A stretch of 64,000 nucleotides of DNA from Gekko japonicus (lineage: Eukaryota), in the NCBI RefSeq assembly GCF_001447785.1, contig NW_015163195.1, positions 73,267 to 137,266 on the forward strand, read 5' to 3'. Shown piece after piece: positions 12,221-23,334 of this stretch (position 1 is the stretch's first letter; each line of letters starts with the position of its first letter). The translations under genes and the position numbers were made by a program. The notes beneath the pieces were generated by a model, which saw only the letters and a program-made list of their open reading frames with translations, ran no database searches and had not been told where the DNA came from.

Positions 12221-15200
12221 ATCCACTCTCCAGGGTCTCATGCAGCTGTCCGTGTCACTTGCTGTTCTTCTAACGGGAGATGCCAGGGATTGAGCCTGGG
12301 ACCGTCTGCATGCCAAGCATGCCAAGCATGCCAAGCAGAGGCTATACTATGCTTCACATGTACTGGAGACCTCTGTGGGCACAAGTTGTGTATCCCCTGG
12401 CACTATGAGGCAATATCCATTGTGTATGGCTTCACTGAGTCTGCATAAAAGCCCCAGGTGAGCCACCAATTCTCGAAAGTTCAAGCAATTACACACCATT
12501 TCCTGGGGGTTTCCAACTGAGGTTCATCCCCAAGGACCCCAGGCCAAGTAATGTATTCTCACTTCCAATCCACCTCAGTCTTATACAAACTGGTTACAGG
12601 GACATGCTCTTCATGCTGAAGATGGAGAGAGACCTTCCAGACTGACTGTAGAGTCCACGTTTGGGGATGACCAATCACTGCCACGCTGTAGTCTTCAGGC
12701 TAAGTGATATCTCCACTCTGACTTTGCAGTCTAGCAGCAGGGGCAGTGAAAGGCCATGGGGTTTCCCTTGCCAACGTGAACTGGAGCTGAACTGGAGGAG
12801 AAGCCATCCATCCATCCATGTGCAAAGGTGAGTCGCTTTCTAGCAGAAACTGCTCATATTTTTCTGAGACAGAAAGATAAACAAGAATGGAGAACAGAGA
12901 CCAGCCCATTACAAATGCATATTTTACTGCAGATTTTCAGAGCAGTAAGCCTTTAGTCTTGACTTATTTATATATATACTTATACTTCGGATTCTGTGCC
13001 TGTACTACGCTCAATTCTTTCCCTCCGCTGTATTTATTCTGCAGCTACAATTTTTTTTAAACATGTTTTTCTAAATTGGGGTGGAATGTCACTTGTGACA
13101 TGTGAGGGGGTGTGTGTGGCATCCAAGTTTGTTTTTTTAATGCAATTGCTCTATTGGAAATGTGCAGTAGCATCCAGGAAGTGCATTCCTTTAAATCCCC
13201 GTGGTTCAGGTTTTACACATGCACTGTAGGATTAGTTCATTGAATGAAAGGGAACAGAAAAGAACAGGGCAAAGGGGGGAAACTTGATGTTGAAACTGAC
13301 CAGACTTTTTTTTTAAAATTGACAAGCAGCTGTGAAGCCCCATTTTGCATATTGCCGAGCACGAGCGGATTCTCTGCTGTGTTATCAACCATTGTGAAAA
13401 GTGGGAAAGAGACAGTCCTATAATATTGGGAAACATATTGAGTTTACAGAATGCACGGTAGAACCCACTGACACTGGTACTGCAAGCTGTGATCATTAGC
13501 AACGTATGTGTGTGGGTGTGCCTGTGCAAAGTCAGCTGCAACTCCACCACACATTGCACAGGGCTGCAATTTCTGTGGGGGAGGAATCCTCTGGCAGAAG
13601 CTCTGGAGAGCTTTTTTTTAGTCTTGTACCACTAAACTGGAAAAAAGGAGGAATTTTCTCCAATGCCCTAGCACAACTGCATAATAATGCTAATTTCCTG
13701 CCATTTCTCACAAATTTGTGGTTTTCTCTTTGCAACTCTCTAATTTGATACTGCACACTGGTCATGATCTTGGCAGTTTTTTACAGCCTATCCTGTGCAG
13801 ATTGCACTCTGTCCTCCAAATAGGTTGATCCCAAGAAATTATTAAATTCAGCGGTTTGTAAAAGGTCCATGTGGTTCAGCTGCCATTTTAACGTTAGGCT
13901 TCCAGAGTCTGCCAAAATGCCCCCCCCAAACAAACAAAACTTTGTTAATTAAAGCATGAAATAGAGAAATGTTTTCAAAGCTTTAGACTTCCCATCCCAG
14001 TGTCTCTCTCTTTACACCTCATGTCAATTTCCGTCTGTGCTGATGATACCCCCCTTTCATTTGTTTGAATACAGCACTGAAATCCTTTTTTTTTTTGCAC
14101 TGAGGATGCTGCCATTTGCTTCCTCTCTGATCCCCCCCTCAAGTCAATCCCAGCAGGGAACAAATCCTCGCAGAGCTCCCTTAAAACTCCTACTCGAAAT
14201 TTTAATTTTTTAATTTAGCGACTCGAGACTACTGATAGTCTCATATCATTAGACTCATGCTGCTTGTCAAAAAAAAACCCCACGGAAATGTAAAAACAAA
14301 AGGAAATTGGAGCTTGTGCACCAATGAAGGAGGGAGGATGGCAGAAGGTGTAGAGTGTGTGGAAAAACCTTGATATGGGCAGGGGACTGACCTTCGATTG
14401 GCAGCAAAAGGGCAGGGGAGAAATCCAAGGGAATCTGTATGCTTTTGAATTACCTTCAGCTTGGAAGCAAAATAAGGAGGAGATCGGCACAAAAGCACTC
14501 TCAGAAAACCCAGATAAACTGAAACTTGAAAGCAAACTGAGTGTTGAAGGGAGGGAAATCAATGCAGGATGACAAAGAGGTCTCTTATGCATGGGTGTTT
14601 CCCCCTGCTTTCAATGTGCATACACTGTAAGGGAAGATCTTGTCTCACTAACCTGTTAGTGTTCTTTGAGGGGGTGAACAAACATGTGGACAAGGGGGGC
14701 CCAATAGATGTTGTTTACCTTGACTTCCAGAAAGCTTTTCATAAAGTTCCTAATCAAAGGCTCCTAAGTAAGCTCAATAGTCATGGGATAAAAGGACAAG
14801 TCCCACTGCTTACCACCCAGTTTTTGATCCATAAAAGGACAAGTCCTTTTATGGATCAAAAACTGGCTAATTAATAGAAAAGAAGAGAGTGAGTATAAAT
14901 GGGCAATAAACTGGGTCCGATGCTTTTTAACTTGTTTATTAATGATTTGGAGTTGAGAGTAAGCAGTGAACTGGCTAAATTTGTGGATGATACGAAGTTG
15001 TTCAGGGTGGTGAGAACCAGGGAGGATTGTGAGGCACTCCAAAGGGATATGTTGAGGATGGGAGAGTGGGTGTCAATGTGGCAAATGGGGTTCAATGTGG
15101 CCAAGTGCAAAGTGATGCACATTGGAGCCAAAAATCCTAACTATAAATACACATTGATGGGGTCTGAACTGGCAGAGACTGACCAAGAGAGAGATCTTGA

Positions 15201-15564
15201 AATTGTAGTAGATAACTCACTGAAAATGTTGAGACAGTGTGTGACTGCAATAAAAAAGGCCAATGCTATGCTGGGGATTATTAGGAAGAGAACTGAAAAC
15301 AAATCAGCCAATATCATAATGCCCCTGTATAAATCAATGGTGCGACCTCATTTGGAATACTGTGTGCAGTTCTGGTCACCACACCTCAAAAAGGATATTA
15401 TAGCATTGGGAAATGTGCAGAAAAGGGCAACTAGAATGATAAAAGGGTTGGAACATTTTCCCTATGACGAAAGGTTAAAGCGCTTGGGGCTCTTTAGCTT
15501 GGAGAAACGACGGCTGAGGGGTGACATGATCAAGGTTTATAAGATTATGCATGGGATAGAGCAG

Positions 15565-16009
15565 TGTGAGGATGTCCCCTGTCCTTCTCTTCGTTGTACT
15601 TTTGCAGCCTCAGAATCTGAAGGAACCTGCCATGGTTCTCGCTCCAGTTTTATTGAGATGAAAACCTCCTGGGTAGTAATTACAGCTGTCCCTGGTAGTA
15701 ATTTTCATCTCAATCGATTCCTCACCGGCTGTATCCAACTTTATTTTATTTGACCTTTTAACAACCATACAGGCAACGTTAGTGAACTTCTGACCTTTCT
15801 TCTACTCTGCAGAGAACTTTCCCCAACTTCGTCGTTCTATCTATTCTACCCTCTAAGGTTCTCTGTTTTACCCTGGCCCTGCCATTTCTCTTACATTTTG
15901 CTTCGCCCTCCTTGCTCCTGTCTTCTGCCTGTCCCTTTTCTCCTAGTATAGCCCTTTCTGTCTGAGTTTGGCAAGGAGTCAGAGCCCCCTGGGTCTCTGG
16001 GGTCTGACA
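15565..16009 (-). repeat. 3' LTR of the Gmr1-type element (~445 bp)
   Basis: TGTCAG...CTCACA termini on -. Preceded on - by the PPT aaaggggggggatg (16010-16023). Matches 20434-20702. Confidence 0.85.
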
Positions 16010-19000
16010 CATCCCCCCCCTTTGCCCGGTGATCAAGGATGAGTCGGTGTCCTCGTAGAGCCGCGACAAAAAATCTGCGTTGGCATGTTGCGATCCCGAT
16101 CGGTGTCGGATTTCGAACCTGAAAGGTAACAATGATAAATACCAACGTTGAATGCGGGCATTAGAATCTTTCATTCGGTAGAGCCATTGCAGGGGGGCAT
16201 GATCAGTAATAATCGTGAAGGGGTTTTGATCCAAATAGTATTTAAGTGTAGTGATGGCCCATTTTACTGCCAAGGCCTCTCTTTCGATAGTAGAATACCT
16301 ACATTCCGCCTTGGATAGCTTACGGCTTAAGAAAAGTATGGGTCTGTCTTCGCTTCCCGTTTCTTGGGCTAACACAGCCCCAATACCAGTGGCAGAGGCA
16401 TCTGTTTGCACTATAAAGGGCTTCGAGAAGTCAGGGTTGTGCAAAAGAACGTCTTCCTGGAGAGCTGTTTGCAAATCCTGCAAAGACCTCAAGGTGGTTT
16501 CGGTCCATTTGAGTTTATTAGGTTCTTTATTTTTAAGCATATCTGTAAGGAGCGAGGCCCGTGAAGCGAAACGGGGGATAAATCGACTATAATAGCCAAT
16601 TAGCCCCAGGAAGCGTCTCAATTGTCGTTTTGTACTGGGTAGAGGGAAGTCTCGGATGTGCACTACTTTGTCTGGTTGAGGTTTAAGGATACCTCCGCCT
16701 ACCACAAAACCCAGGTATTTTACTTCCTGAAATCCTATTAAACTTTTCTTGGGATTAGCCGTTAGGCCTGCCTCTTTTAATGCCAGGAGCACACTTTCCA
16801 AATGTTTTAAATGCGTTCCCCAATCCGGGCTAAAGATAATAATATCGTCAATATATGCCGCTGCAAAACCTTTGCAATGGGATAGCACCATATCAACTAA
16901 TCGCTGGAAAGTAGCGGCGGCCCCATGTAACCCAAAAGGCATTCTGAGGAATTGATATAACCCTGATGGAGTGGCAAATGCTGTCTTCTCCCTATCTGCT
17001 GGATCGACCAACACCTGCCAATAACCTTTTGTAAGATCTAGCGCGGACATCACTTTGGCTTTGCCGAGTTGTTCTAGTAGCCCATCCGGGCGTGGCATGG
17101 GATAGGCGTCAAATTTGGAGACCCGATTGACTTCTCGATAATCTATACAAAAACGAGTGCTCCCATCAGGTTTGGGAACTAGCACCACGGGACTTCTCCA
17201 GGCACTACGGGAAGGTTCTATAACTCCCAACCTTAGCATCTCCTGCACTTCTTTTTCTACCGCTTCCCAGCGAGCCCGTGGAATAGGTCTCCATACGGAG
17301 CAGGCTACTTGTTGAGCTTCTGTGGGAATCTTATGGGTGATGCAGGTAGTGCAGCCTGGTTGCGTAGAAAACACCCCTGGTATTTTATTTAAGACTTCCG
17401 CTATCTCTACTGCTTGTTTTTCGGACAGACTTGTGCTGAGGACCGGTCCCACCGTTTCTTGCTTGGCAAGGTTCGTATGGGTGGGGAACCCTGGCATTTC
17501 CTCTACAGTAGACTCCCCTAATAGAGTTCTCTCTCGCCATTCCTTCAAGTGGTTCACATGTAATGTTCTAATGGTTTGAGCTGTCTGACCACATTGAACT
17601 CTATATGTTACAGGGCCTAAAACTTTTATTATTTCAAATGGACCTTCCCACGTTTGGGTTCCTGGGTGTAAACAGGCTCTGCGATGCACCAAGACTTTGT
17701 CTCCTATCTTAAAATTTCTTAGTTTGGCCTTCTTATTGTAATATTTTTGTTGCATATTCGTAGCTTTGACTAGATTTACTCTTGCTTGTTCATGGGCCCA
17801 ATTTAGTCTCTCTTTCAGTTGTTCTATATATTCCACAGGTGGTTTGGCCGTTGTCTCAGGCCGTTGTGTCCATTGTCCTTCAATTAAGGCCATGATACCC
17901 CTAGGTTGGCGCCCAAAGACTAGCTCAAAGGGGCTGAAACCTGTGGAGGCTTGAGGAGTTTCTCTGAAAGCAAACAGCAACGGTTCAATATATAAATCCC
18001 ACTTTTGGGGTTGGTCTTGACCTACTTTCTTTAAGGCTTCCTTGACAGTGTGGTTGAACCGTTCTACCAAGCCATCCGTCTGGGGATGATACAGGGAAGT
18101 GAATATTTGCTTGATTCCTAGATTGTTACACAATTGTTTCAATATCCCAGCTCTAAAGGATGATCCCTGGTCCGATAATAGCTCTTTGGGTATCCCAAAT
18201 CTAGAGAAAAGTTGGAAGAGAGCTTTGACTACTCCAGACACCTTCATTGTTCTCAAGGGTATGGCTTCTGGATATCTAGTGGCATAATCCATAAGAACCA
18301 ACAAAAATCGGTTTCCCCTCGGGGTCCTAGGTAAGGGTCCTATAAAATCCATGGCTACTCTGGAAAAGGGTTCAGAGATCCGGGGTAAAGGTTGCAAAGG
18401 TGCTACCTTAGGCAATCTGTTGGAGTGGGTTTGGCAGCTTGGGCACGTAATACAATATTGCTTTACATCTTGGTGCATGGTAGGCCAGAAGAAGTGTTCT
18501 AGTATTCGTGCTATTGTTTTAGCCGGACCTTGGTGTCCCGCCCATAAATGATCATGAGCTTCCTTCATCACCTTTAGACGTTTTGATTTAGGAAGCAATA
18601 TTTGTTGTACTTCCCTTCCCCCGGTGCCCACCTGCGCTCTCCTAAACCAAACCCCGTTCTGACATTCTACCCTAGGCAGTCGGTTAGCTAACCGGGTATT
18701 AGTTATTTGTTTTTCCCTTACCGCCACTTGTCTCCGCATGGCCTCCAATGTAGGATCTTCCTCTTGCTCCTGTTGGAACTTTGGGTCTGCTGTCCATTCG
18801 CCTAACTCCTCCTCTGGGTTGCTGTCCCCTTCCCCGTCTACACTGTCTCCTGGTTCTTCTTCCGTTGAGTCCTCAGTGGGACTGTCACTATCCTCTTCTG
18901 CTCCACTGGCCGAGAGAGTGACTACTCCCCCTAAGGTTCCCTCTGCCGAGGCTTGGTGAATCAACTGCTTAAACGCTTTCAAATCTCTCCCAAGCAGCAA

Positions 19001-20323
19001 TGGACAAGGCAAAGTGGCGACCTTAGCCGCTTCTATTGTATAGGCTTTCCCTTCGATTATTACTGGTATACGCACCATAGGCCATTGGTGATTATGTTGA
19101 GTAAAGCAGTTAATCTGCGTCCATCTAACTATGGGCCAATGGGGTGCCGCTAAATCACCCCTTATCATAGAGATCGAACTGCCGGAGTCTAACAACGCTT
19201 CTACCCGCAACCCGGGCATGTGCGCAATTACCGTGAAAGGAGCCCAACCGTGGGTACACCAGCTCGAGAGAGTTAAGGGCCAGGCTCCCTCACACTCCAT
19301 GAGGGGACATTCCCTTTGTAAATGCCCCATTTCGCCACAGGAGAAACAGGGCCCCTTTGGACTCACCACCATTCCGCCCACTTTGTCTCTGTTTTCAGGG
19401 GCCTTAGGGGGACTTCCCTCTGGACGTGCGTAAGGGCGTGGCGGTAGTACCAGTCTATTTTGGCTGGGGGTTATAGGACCCCTCGAGAAGGGGCGGGCTC
19501 TTCCTCCCCGGTTTATGCTTCCAGCAAGCCCCGGCACCAGAGTACCTCCTCTCACACCCCCGGTCCCAGTGCCCGTCTGTTTTCCTTTTTCTATTGTTTT
19601 CCGTCCCGTTTCAGCGGTCATGAAATTCTCCATTAACGAAATTAACTCTTCCGCAGTCCGTGGCTTATTGCGCATTACCCACACCCTCATCTCTTCTGGT
19701 AAGGCTAAGGTGGCTTGCTCCAATATTACTTTATTTACTATTAGCTTCTCCCCGGGGAGCTTCGGCCCTAACCAACGTTCCGCGGCTTCGCTTAACTCGG
19801 CTACCCACAGTCTGGGTCTTTCCTCACTTCTCCATTTACTGGCTCTAAAGCGTTGTCTAAAGGATTCCTCCGTTATTTCAAATCTATCAAGTATCGCTTG
19901 CTTGACCGTGTTATAATCTCCCAGCTGTGTTTTTGAGAGGCTACGCAGTACTGATTGGGCTTTTCCTGTTAAATAGGGGCCTAATATATACGACCACTGG
20001 GCTTGGGGCCATTGCGCAATTTCTGCTGTACGTTCAAAGGTCTCCAAGAACAGTTCCACGTCGTCTTCCGCAGTGAGTTTAGTTAACAATGAGGTAGGTG
20101 TACGGGCCCCTCCAGCCCCTGCCCCTGAGCCTCTTACCTGTTCCCAGGTTTTGCTTAAGTCTCGTATGAGGATGGCTTGTGATTCTTGTTGATGTCTCAT
20201 CCAATCACTCATCAGTCGTTCCTGTCGTTCGGCCATCCACTGGGTTAACTGAACTATATCTATAGCGGGGTTTGCCTGGGTTGCTCCGGTTGCTCCTCCA
20301 ACCTCATTCCTGGCTTCGTCCAT
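15779..20323 (-). CDS. Gag-Pol polyprotein (SCAN-like capsid, CCHC knuckle, protease, integrase, RT, RNase H), ~1514 aa, uninterrupted
   Basis: In order: ESFRQRFR...WLGP...VILEQ...LP...WV (SCAN-like); CFSCGEMGHLQREC; LLDSGS; H-H-CPSC with DFIGP/SDQG/GLVERFN; GPF; SPVVLVPKPDGSTRFCIDYR, YIDD; TDASATGIGAVL, NADFLSR. First ATG at 20323. Confidence 0.93.
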   Translation of the reverse strand: MDEARNEVGGATGATQANPAIDIVQLTQWMAERQERLMSDWMRHQQESQAILIRDLSKTWEQVRGSGAGAGGARTPTSLLTKLTAEDDVELFLETFERTAEIAQWPQAQWSYILGPYLTGKAQSVLRSLSKTQLGDYNTVKQAILDRFEITEESFRQRFRASKWRSEERPRLWVAELSEAAERWLGPKLPGEKLIVNKVILEQATLALPEEMRVWVMRNKPRTAEELISLMENFMTAETGRKTIEKGKQTGTGTGGVRGGTLVPGLAGSINRGGRARPFSRGPITPSQNRLVLPPRPYARPEGSPPKAPENRDKVGGMVVSPKGPCFSCGEMGHLQRECPLMECEGAWPLTLSSWCTHGWAPFTVIAHMPGLRVEALLDSGSSISMIRGDLAAPHWPIVRWTQINCFTQHNHQWPMVRIPVIIEGKAYTIEAAKVATLPCPLLLGRDLKAFKQLIHQASAEGTLGGVVTLSASGAEEDSDSPTEDSTEEEPGDSVDGEGDSNPEEELGEWTADPKFQQEQEEDPTLEAMRRQVAVREKQITNTRLANRLPRVECQNGVWFRRAQVGTGGREVQQILLPKSKRLKVMKEAHDHLWAGHQGPAKTIARILEHFFWPTMHQDVKQYCITCPSCQTHSNRLPKVAPLQPLPRISEPFSRVAMDFIGPLPRTPRGNRFLLVLMDYATRYPEAIPLRTMKVSGVVKALFQLFSRFGIPKELLSDQGSSFRAGILKQLCNNLGIKQIFTSLYHPQTDGLVERFNHTVKEALKKVGQDQPQKWDLYIEPLLFAFRETPQASTGFSPFELVFGRQPRGIMALIEGQWTQRPETTAKPPVEYIEQLKERLNWAHEQARVNLVKATNMQQKYYNKKAKLRNFKIGDKVLVHRRACLHPGTQTWEGPFEIIKVLGPVTYRVQCGQTAQTIRTLHVNHLKEWRERTLLGESTVEEMPGFPTHTNLAKQETVGPVLSTSLSEKQAVEIAEVLNKIPGVFSTQPGCTTCITHKIPTEAQQVACSVWRPIPRARWEAVEKEVQEMLRLGVIEPSRSAWRSPVVLVPKPDGSTRFCIDYREVNRVSKFDAYPMPRPDGLLEQLGKAKVMSALDLTKGYWQVLVDPADREKTAFATPSGLYQFLRMPFGLHGAAATFQRLVDMVLSHCKGFAAAYIDDIIIFSPDWGTHLKHLESVLLALKEAGLTANPKKSLIGFQEVKYLGFVVGGGILKPQPDKVVHIRDFPLPSTKRQLRRFLGLIGYYSRFIPRFASRASLLTDMLKNKEPNKLKWTETTLRSLQDLQTALQEDVLLHNPDFSKPFIVQTDASATGIGAVLAQETGSEDRPILFLSRKLSKAECRYSTIEREALAVKWAITTLKYYLDQNPFTIITDHAPLQWLYRMKDSNARIQRWYLSLLPFRFEIRHRSGSQHANADFLSRLYEDTDSSLITGQRGGMCQTPETQGALTPCQTQTERAILGEKGQAEDRSKEGEAKCKRNGRARVKQRTLEGRIDRTTKLGKVLCRVEERSEVH

Positions 20324-20414
20324 GGTGCGCTGTCTTTCTCGTTCCGTTCTTTGGGCCGGCGGTACCCACCCCGCTGGACGCGGTAATCTCGGTAACGGGA
20401 ACAGCACGGCGACG

Positions 20415-20432
20415 TCCCCGTACGGGCCACCA
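20415..20432 (-). promoter_or_regulatory. Primer binding site, tRNA-Ile(AAU)
   Basis: TGGTGGCCCGTACGGGGA lies 1 nt after the 5' LTR and is complementary to the vertebrate tRNA-Ile(AAU) 3' end as recalled (TCCCCGTACGGGCCA-CCA). Confidence 0.88.
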
Positions 20433-20433
20433 C

Positions 20434-20702
20434 TGTGAGGATTTCCCCTGTCCTTCTCTTCTTTGTACTTTTGCAGCCTCAGAATCTGAAGGAACCTGCC
20501 ATGGTTCTCGCTCCAGTTTTATTGAGATGGAAACCTCCTGGGTAGTAATTACAGCTGTCCCTGGTAGTAATTTCCATCTCAATCGATTCCTCACCGGCTG
20601 TATCCAACTTTATTTTATTTGACCTTTTAACAACCATACAGGCAACGTTAGTGAACTTCTGACCTTTCTTCTACTCTGCAGAGAACTTTCCCCAACTTCG
20701 TC
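20434..20702 (-). repeat. 5' LTR of the Gmr1-type element (partial, cut by gap)
   Basis: 269 nt matching 15565-15833 with 4 substitutions by eye. Confidence 0.92.
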
Positions 20703-21379
20703 NNNNNNNNNNNNNNNNNNNNNNNNNNNNNNNNNNNNNNNNNNNNNNNNNNNNNNNNNNNNNNNNNNNNNNNNNNNNNNNNNNNNNNNNNNNNNNNNNN
20801 NNNNNNNNNNNNNNNNNNNNNNNNNNNNNNNNNNNNNNNNNNNNNNNNNNNNNNNNNNNNNNNNNNNNNNNNNNNNNNNNNNNNNNNNNNNNNNNNNNNN
20901 NNNNNNNNNNNNNNNNNNNNNNNNNNNNNNNNNNNNNNNNNNNNNNNNNNNNNNNNNNNNNNNNNNNNNNNNNNNNNNNNNNNNNNNNNNNNNNNNNNNN
21001 NNNNNNNNNNNNNNNNNNNNNNNNNNNNNNNNNNNNNNNNNNNNNNNNNNNNNNNNNNNNNNNNNNNNNNNNNNNNNNNNNNNNNNNNNNNNNNNNNNNN
21101 NNNNNNNNNNNNNNNNNNNNNNNNNNNNNNNNNNNNNNNNNNNNNNNNNNNNNNNNNNNNNNNNNNNNNNNNNNNNNNNNNNNNNNNNNNNNNNNNNNNN
21201 NNNNNNNNNNNNNNNNNNNNNNNNNNNNNNNNNNNNNNNNNNNNNNNNNNNNNNNNNNNNNNNNNNNNNNNNNNNNNNNNNNNNNNNNNNNNNNNNNNNN
21301 NNNNNNNNNNNNNNNNNNNNNNNNNNNNNNNNNNNNNNNNNNNNNNNNNNNNNNNNNNNNNNNNNNNNNNNNNNNNNNN
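20703..21379. other. Assembly gap
   Basis: N run. Confidence 1.
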
Positions 21380-21447
21380 GAGGGGTGACATGATCAAGGT
21401 TTATAAGATTATGCATGGGATAGAGCAGGTTGAGAACGAATATTTTT

Positions 21448-23334
21448 TTGGCCCCCCGAAGGGGATTTTTTAATTGCATTTTTTATCACTAAACACTACA
21501 TGAAAAAATAAGGGAGGGTCTACAAACTATAGGGATAAAGGAAAGAAACCTCTAAAAACCCAAGAGTGGGTGTCATACAAATTGCTTTAGCAAGATTACA
21601 AGTTTATATAGCTAGGTATTCGTATAAAATCATTGAACATGTTCATCATCTTTCTGTTAAGCTCAAACGTAAACATCGTCTACTATGACTTCATAAAAAG
21701 CCCAAGAAAGCTTATTTTAAACATTTTTTTTAAACTTCAGAGTTATAACAACAGATCATTTTTTCTCCTTTGGCTTCCTCAATTTATAGCCTCATTTTGG
21801 GGCCACTGCCCCCAAGTTTGAGTCTGATTCTTCACCAGAAGATGGCTCTGCTCCATCTCCGCCATCCTTCTTGGAACTGTCTTCTTCTTCTTCTTCTTCT
21901 TCTTCTTCTTCTTCTTCTTCTTCTTCTTCTTCTTCTTCTTCTTCTTCTTCTTCTTCATTTCCTTCTGCTGGGTGACTATGAAGATGCAGGAATCCAATTG
22001 CTTTTTCCACAGTGTCATTTTTTTCTTTTCCATTCACAAACTTAAAGATGATTCCTTAAGGCAGAATCCATCTGTAGACAATTTGTTTCTATTGTAGAAA
22101 TGCGACCAAGTCTTTATATTTGCGCCTTCTCTTCCTTATTTCAAATGGAATATCCTTTAAAACCTTTATCTCTTTGCCCTTGATTTTCAGGGTAACTCCA
22201 TTAGCCGCTTTAAGAATTTTATCTCTGATGTTCCTTCTGGAGATTCTCACCATCACTTCTACTGGCAGGTTATTATTCCTTGTAAATTCTGTATATGATG
22301 TGTAGACCATATCAATATCGTTTTGCAAAGTATCCGCTTTCATATCTGCCATTTGCTCCAATGCTTCACACATTGTCTGTGTGAGATTCTCCCCTTTTTC
22401 TTCAGAAATTCTCTGAAACCTTTGGACATAGCTTGACTTTTCCATTTGTAACTGTAGCAGTTGAGACTCGTCTGTTTCTTCTTTCTTCTCCATTGTCTGC
22501 ATTTGTTTTTGCAGCTTTTTAGTGTTGGTGTCCACTTTAAGTTGCTGGTCCATTTGGTCTGGGTTTTTTTACAGTCTCGTTAATTTGAGTTTGCTGCATA
22601 TCCAGCTTTCTATTTATCTCCGTCACTTGTTCCAGCAGAGGGCGTAGTGCTTCATTTAATATCCTTTGAAGGTCTGAGTTTCTGTCCTGTCTGGGCACAA
22701 CACTCGCTGGGCTGGCACTTCCGGTGAGCTTAGCTTTCACTATCTTCTCCCTCTCCTCTTTCCTTGTAGGAGGCGCTATTTTTGAGGTATTGTTTACTTT
22801 TCATCAAAAGTTATCACAGCCTCTAAAGTTCTCAATTACGCTTGGTAAGTTCTTAAAACTCTTTTATTTCAGTCTTTTTCGCTTTGAAAGCCTGCCTCCC
22901 CCGCTTTAACGATAGAATTTGCTTTAAGTCTGTCTTATTGGAGGAGAGTCCCCTCCCCCCCCTTGCTTCCCATGGAGCGGCTTTAGTTTTTTTCAGTGTT
23001 CTCGCTTCAACTTAACTCACAGTTCAATGATTAGACCATTTCCATTTTGCTTATGTTGCCAAATCACTAGATCACCCGGTGCTTGATCTGGTGTGCACTT
23101 CTAGTTCCATCTGGAAACTCCACGGCAGGACCGTCAGGGCATGAATGCCCCCCCCTTCACCGGCAGGATTGCCAGCGGAGAAGCCATGTAGCACCCCATG
23201 GCTTGGAACCCATCAGCAAGGGTTCTGTCAGGGATGCGGACAATCGCACCCCCTCCTAGCCACGGGTTCTGGCAATCATCTCCTGGAGGTCCAAGAGAAT
23301 GACTGCCATAGTGAACGCCAAAACCGGAAGCCAT
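21448..23334 (-). mobile_element. ORF1-only L1 derivative (HAL1-like), ~1.9 kb, ORF1 disrupted
   Basis: 5' end ggcttccgg; L1 ORF1-like peptides (coiled coil, RFQRISEEKGENL, RDKILK...IKVLKDIPFEIRKRR, YRW); no ORF2; aattaaa plus short A-tail; degenerate ~16-bp TSD (21433-21447 / 23335-23350). Confidence 0.7.
21879..21957. repeat. (CTT)n microsatellite (poly-Glu in the ORF1 C-terminus on -)
   Basis: About 25 CTT units. Confidence 0.95.

Larger units (their letters stand above)
15565..20702 (-). mobile_element. Gmr1-type Ty3/Gypsy LTR retrotransposon, near full length (5' LTR runs into the gap)
   Basis: Paired LTRs, PBS, PPT and one long ORF with IN before RT. Confidence 0.93.

Noticed and set aside
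13140-13400. OR promoter or 5' non-coding exon in the conserved upstream block (also ~38050, 50250, 59420)
   Set aside because: Conservation is explained by duplication, and no convincing TSS or donor could be placed without transcript data.
14899-15753. 284-aa ORF as a host gene
   Set aside because: It is CR1 RT sequence reading by chance into the antisense LTR.
20610-21479. Long ORFs spanning N runs (also 35751-36500)
   Set aside because: Artefacts of assembly gaps.
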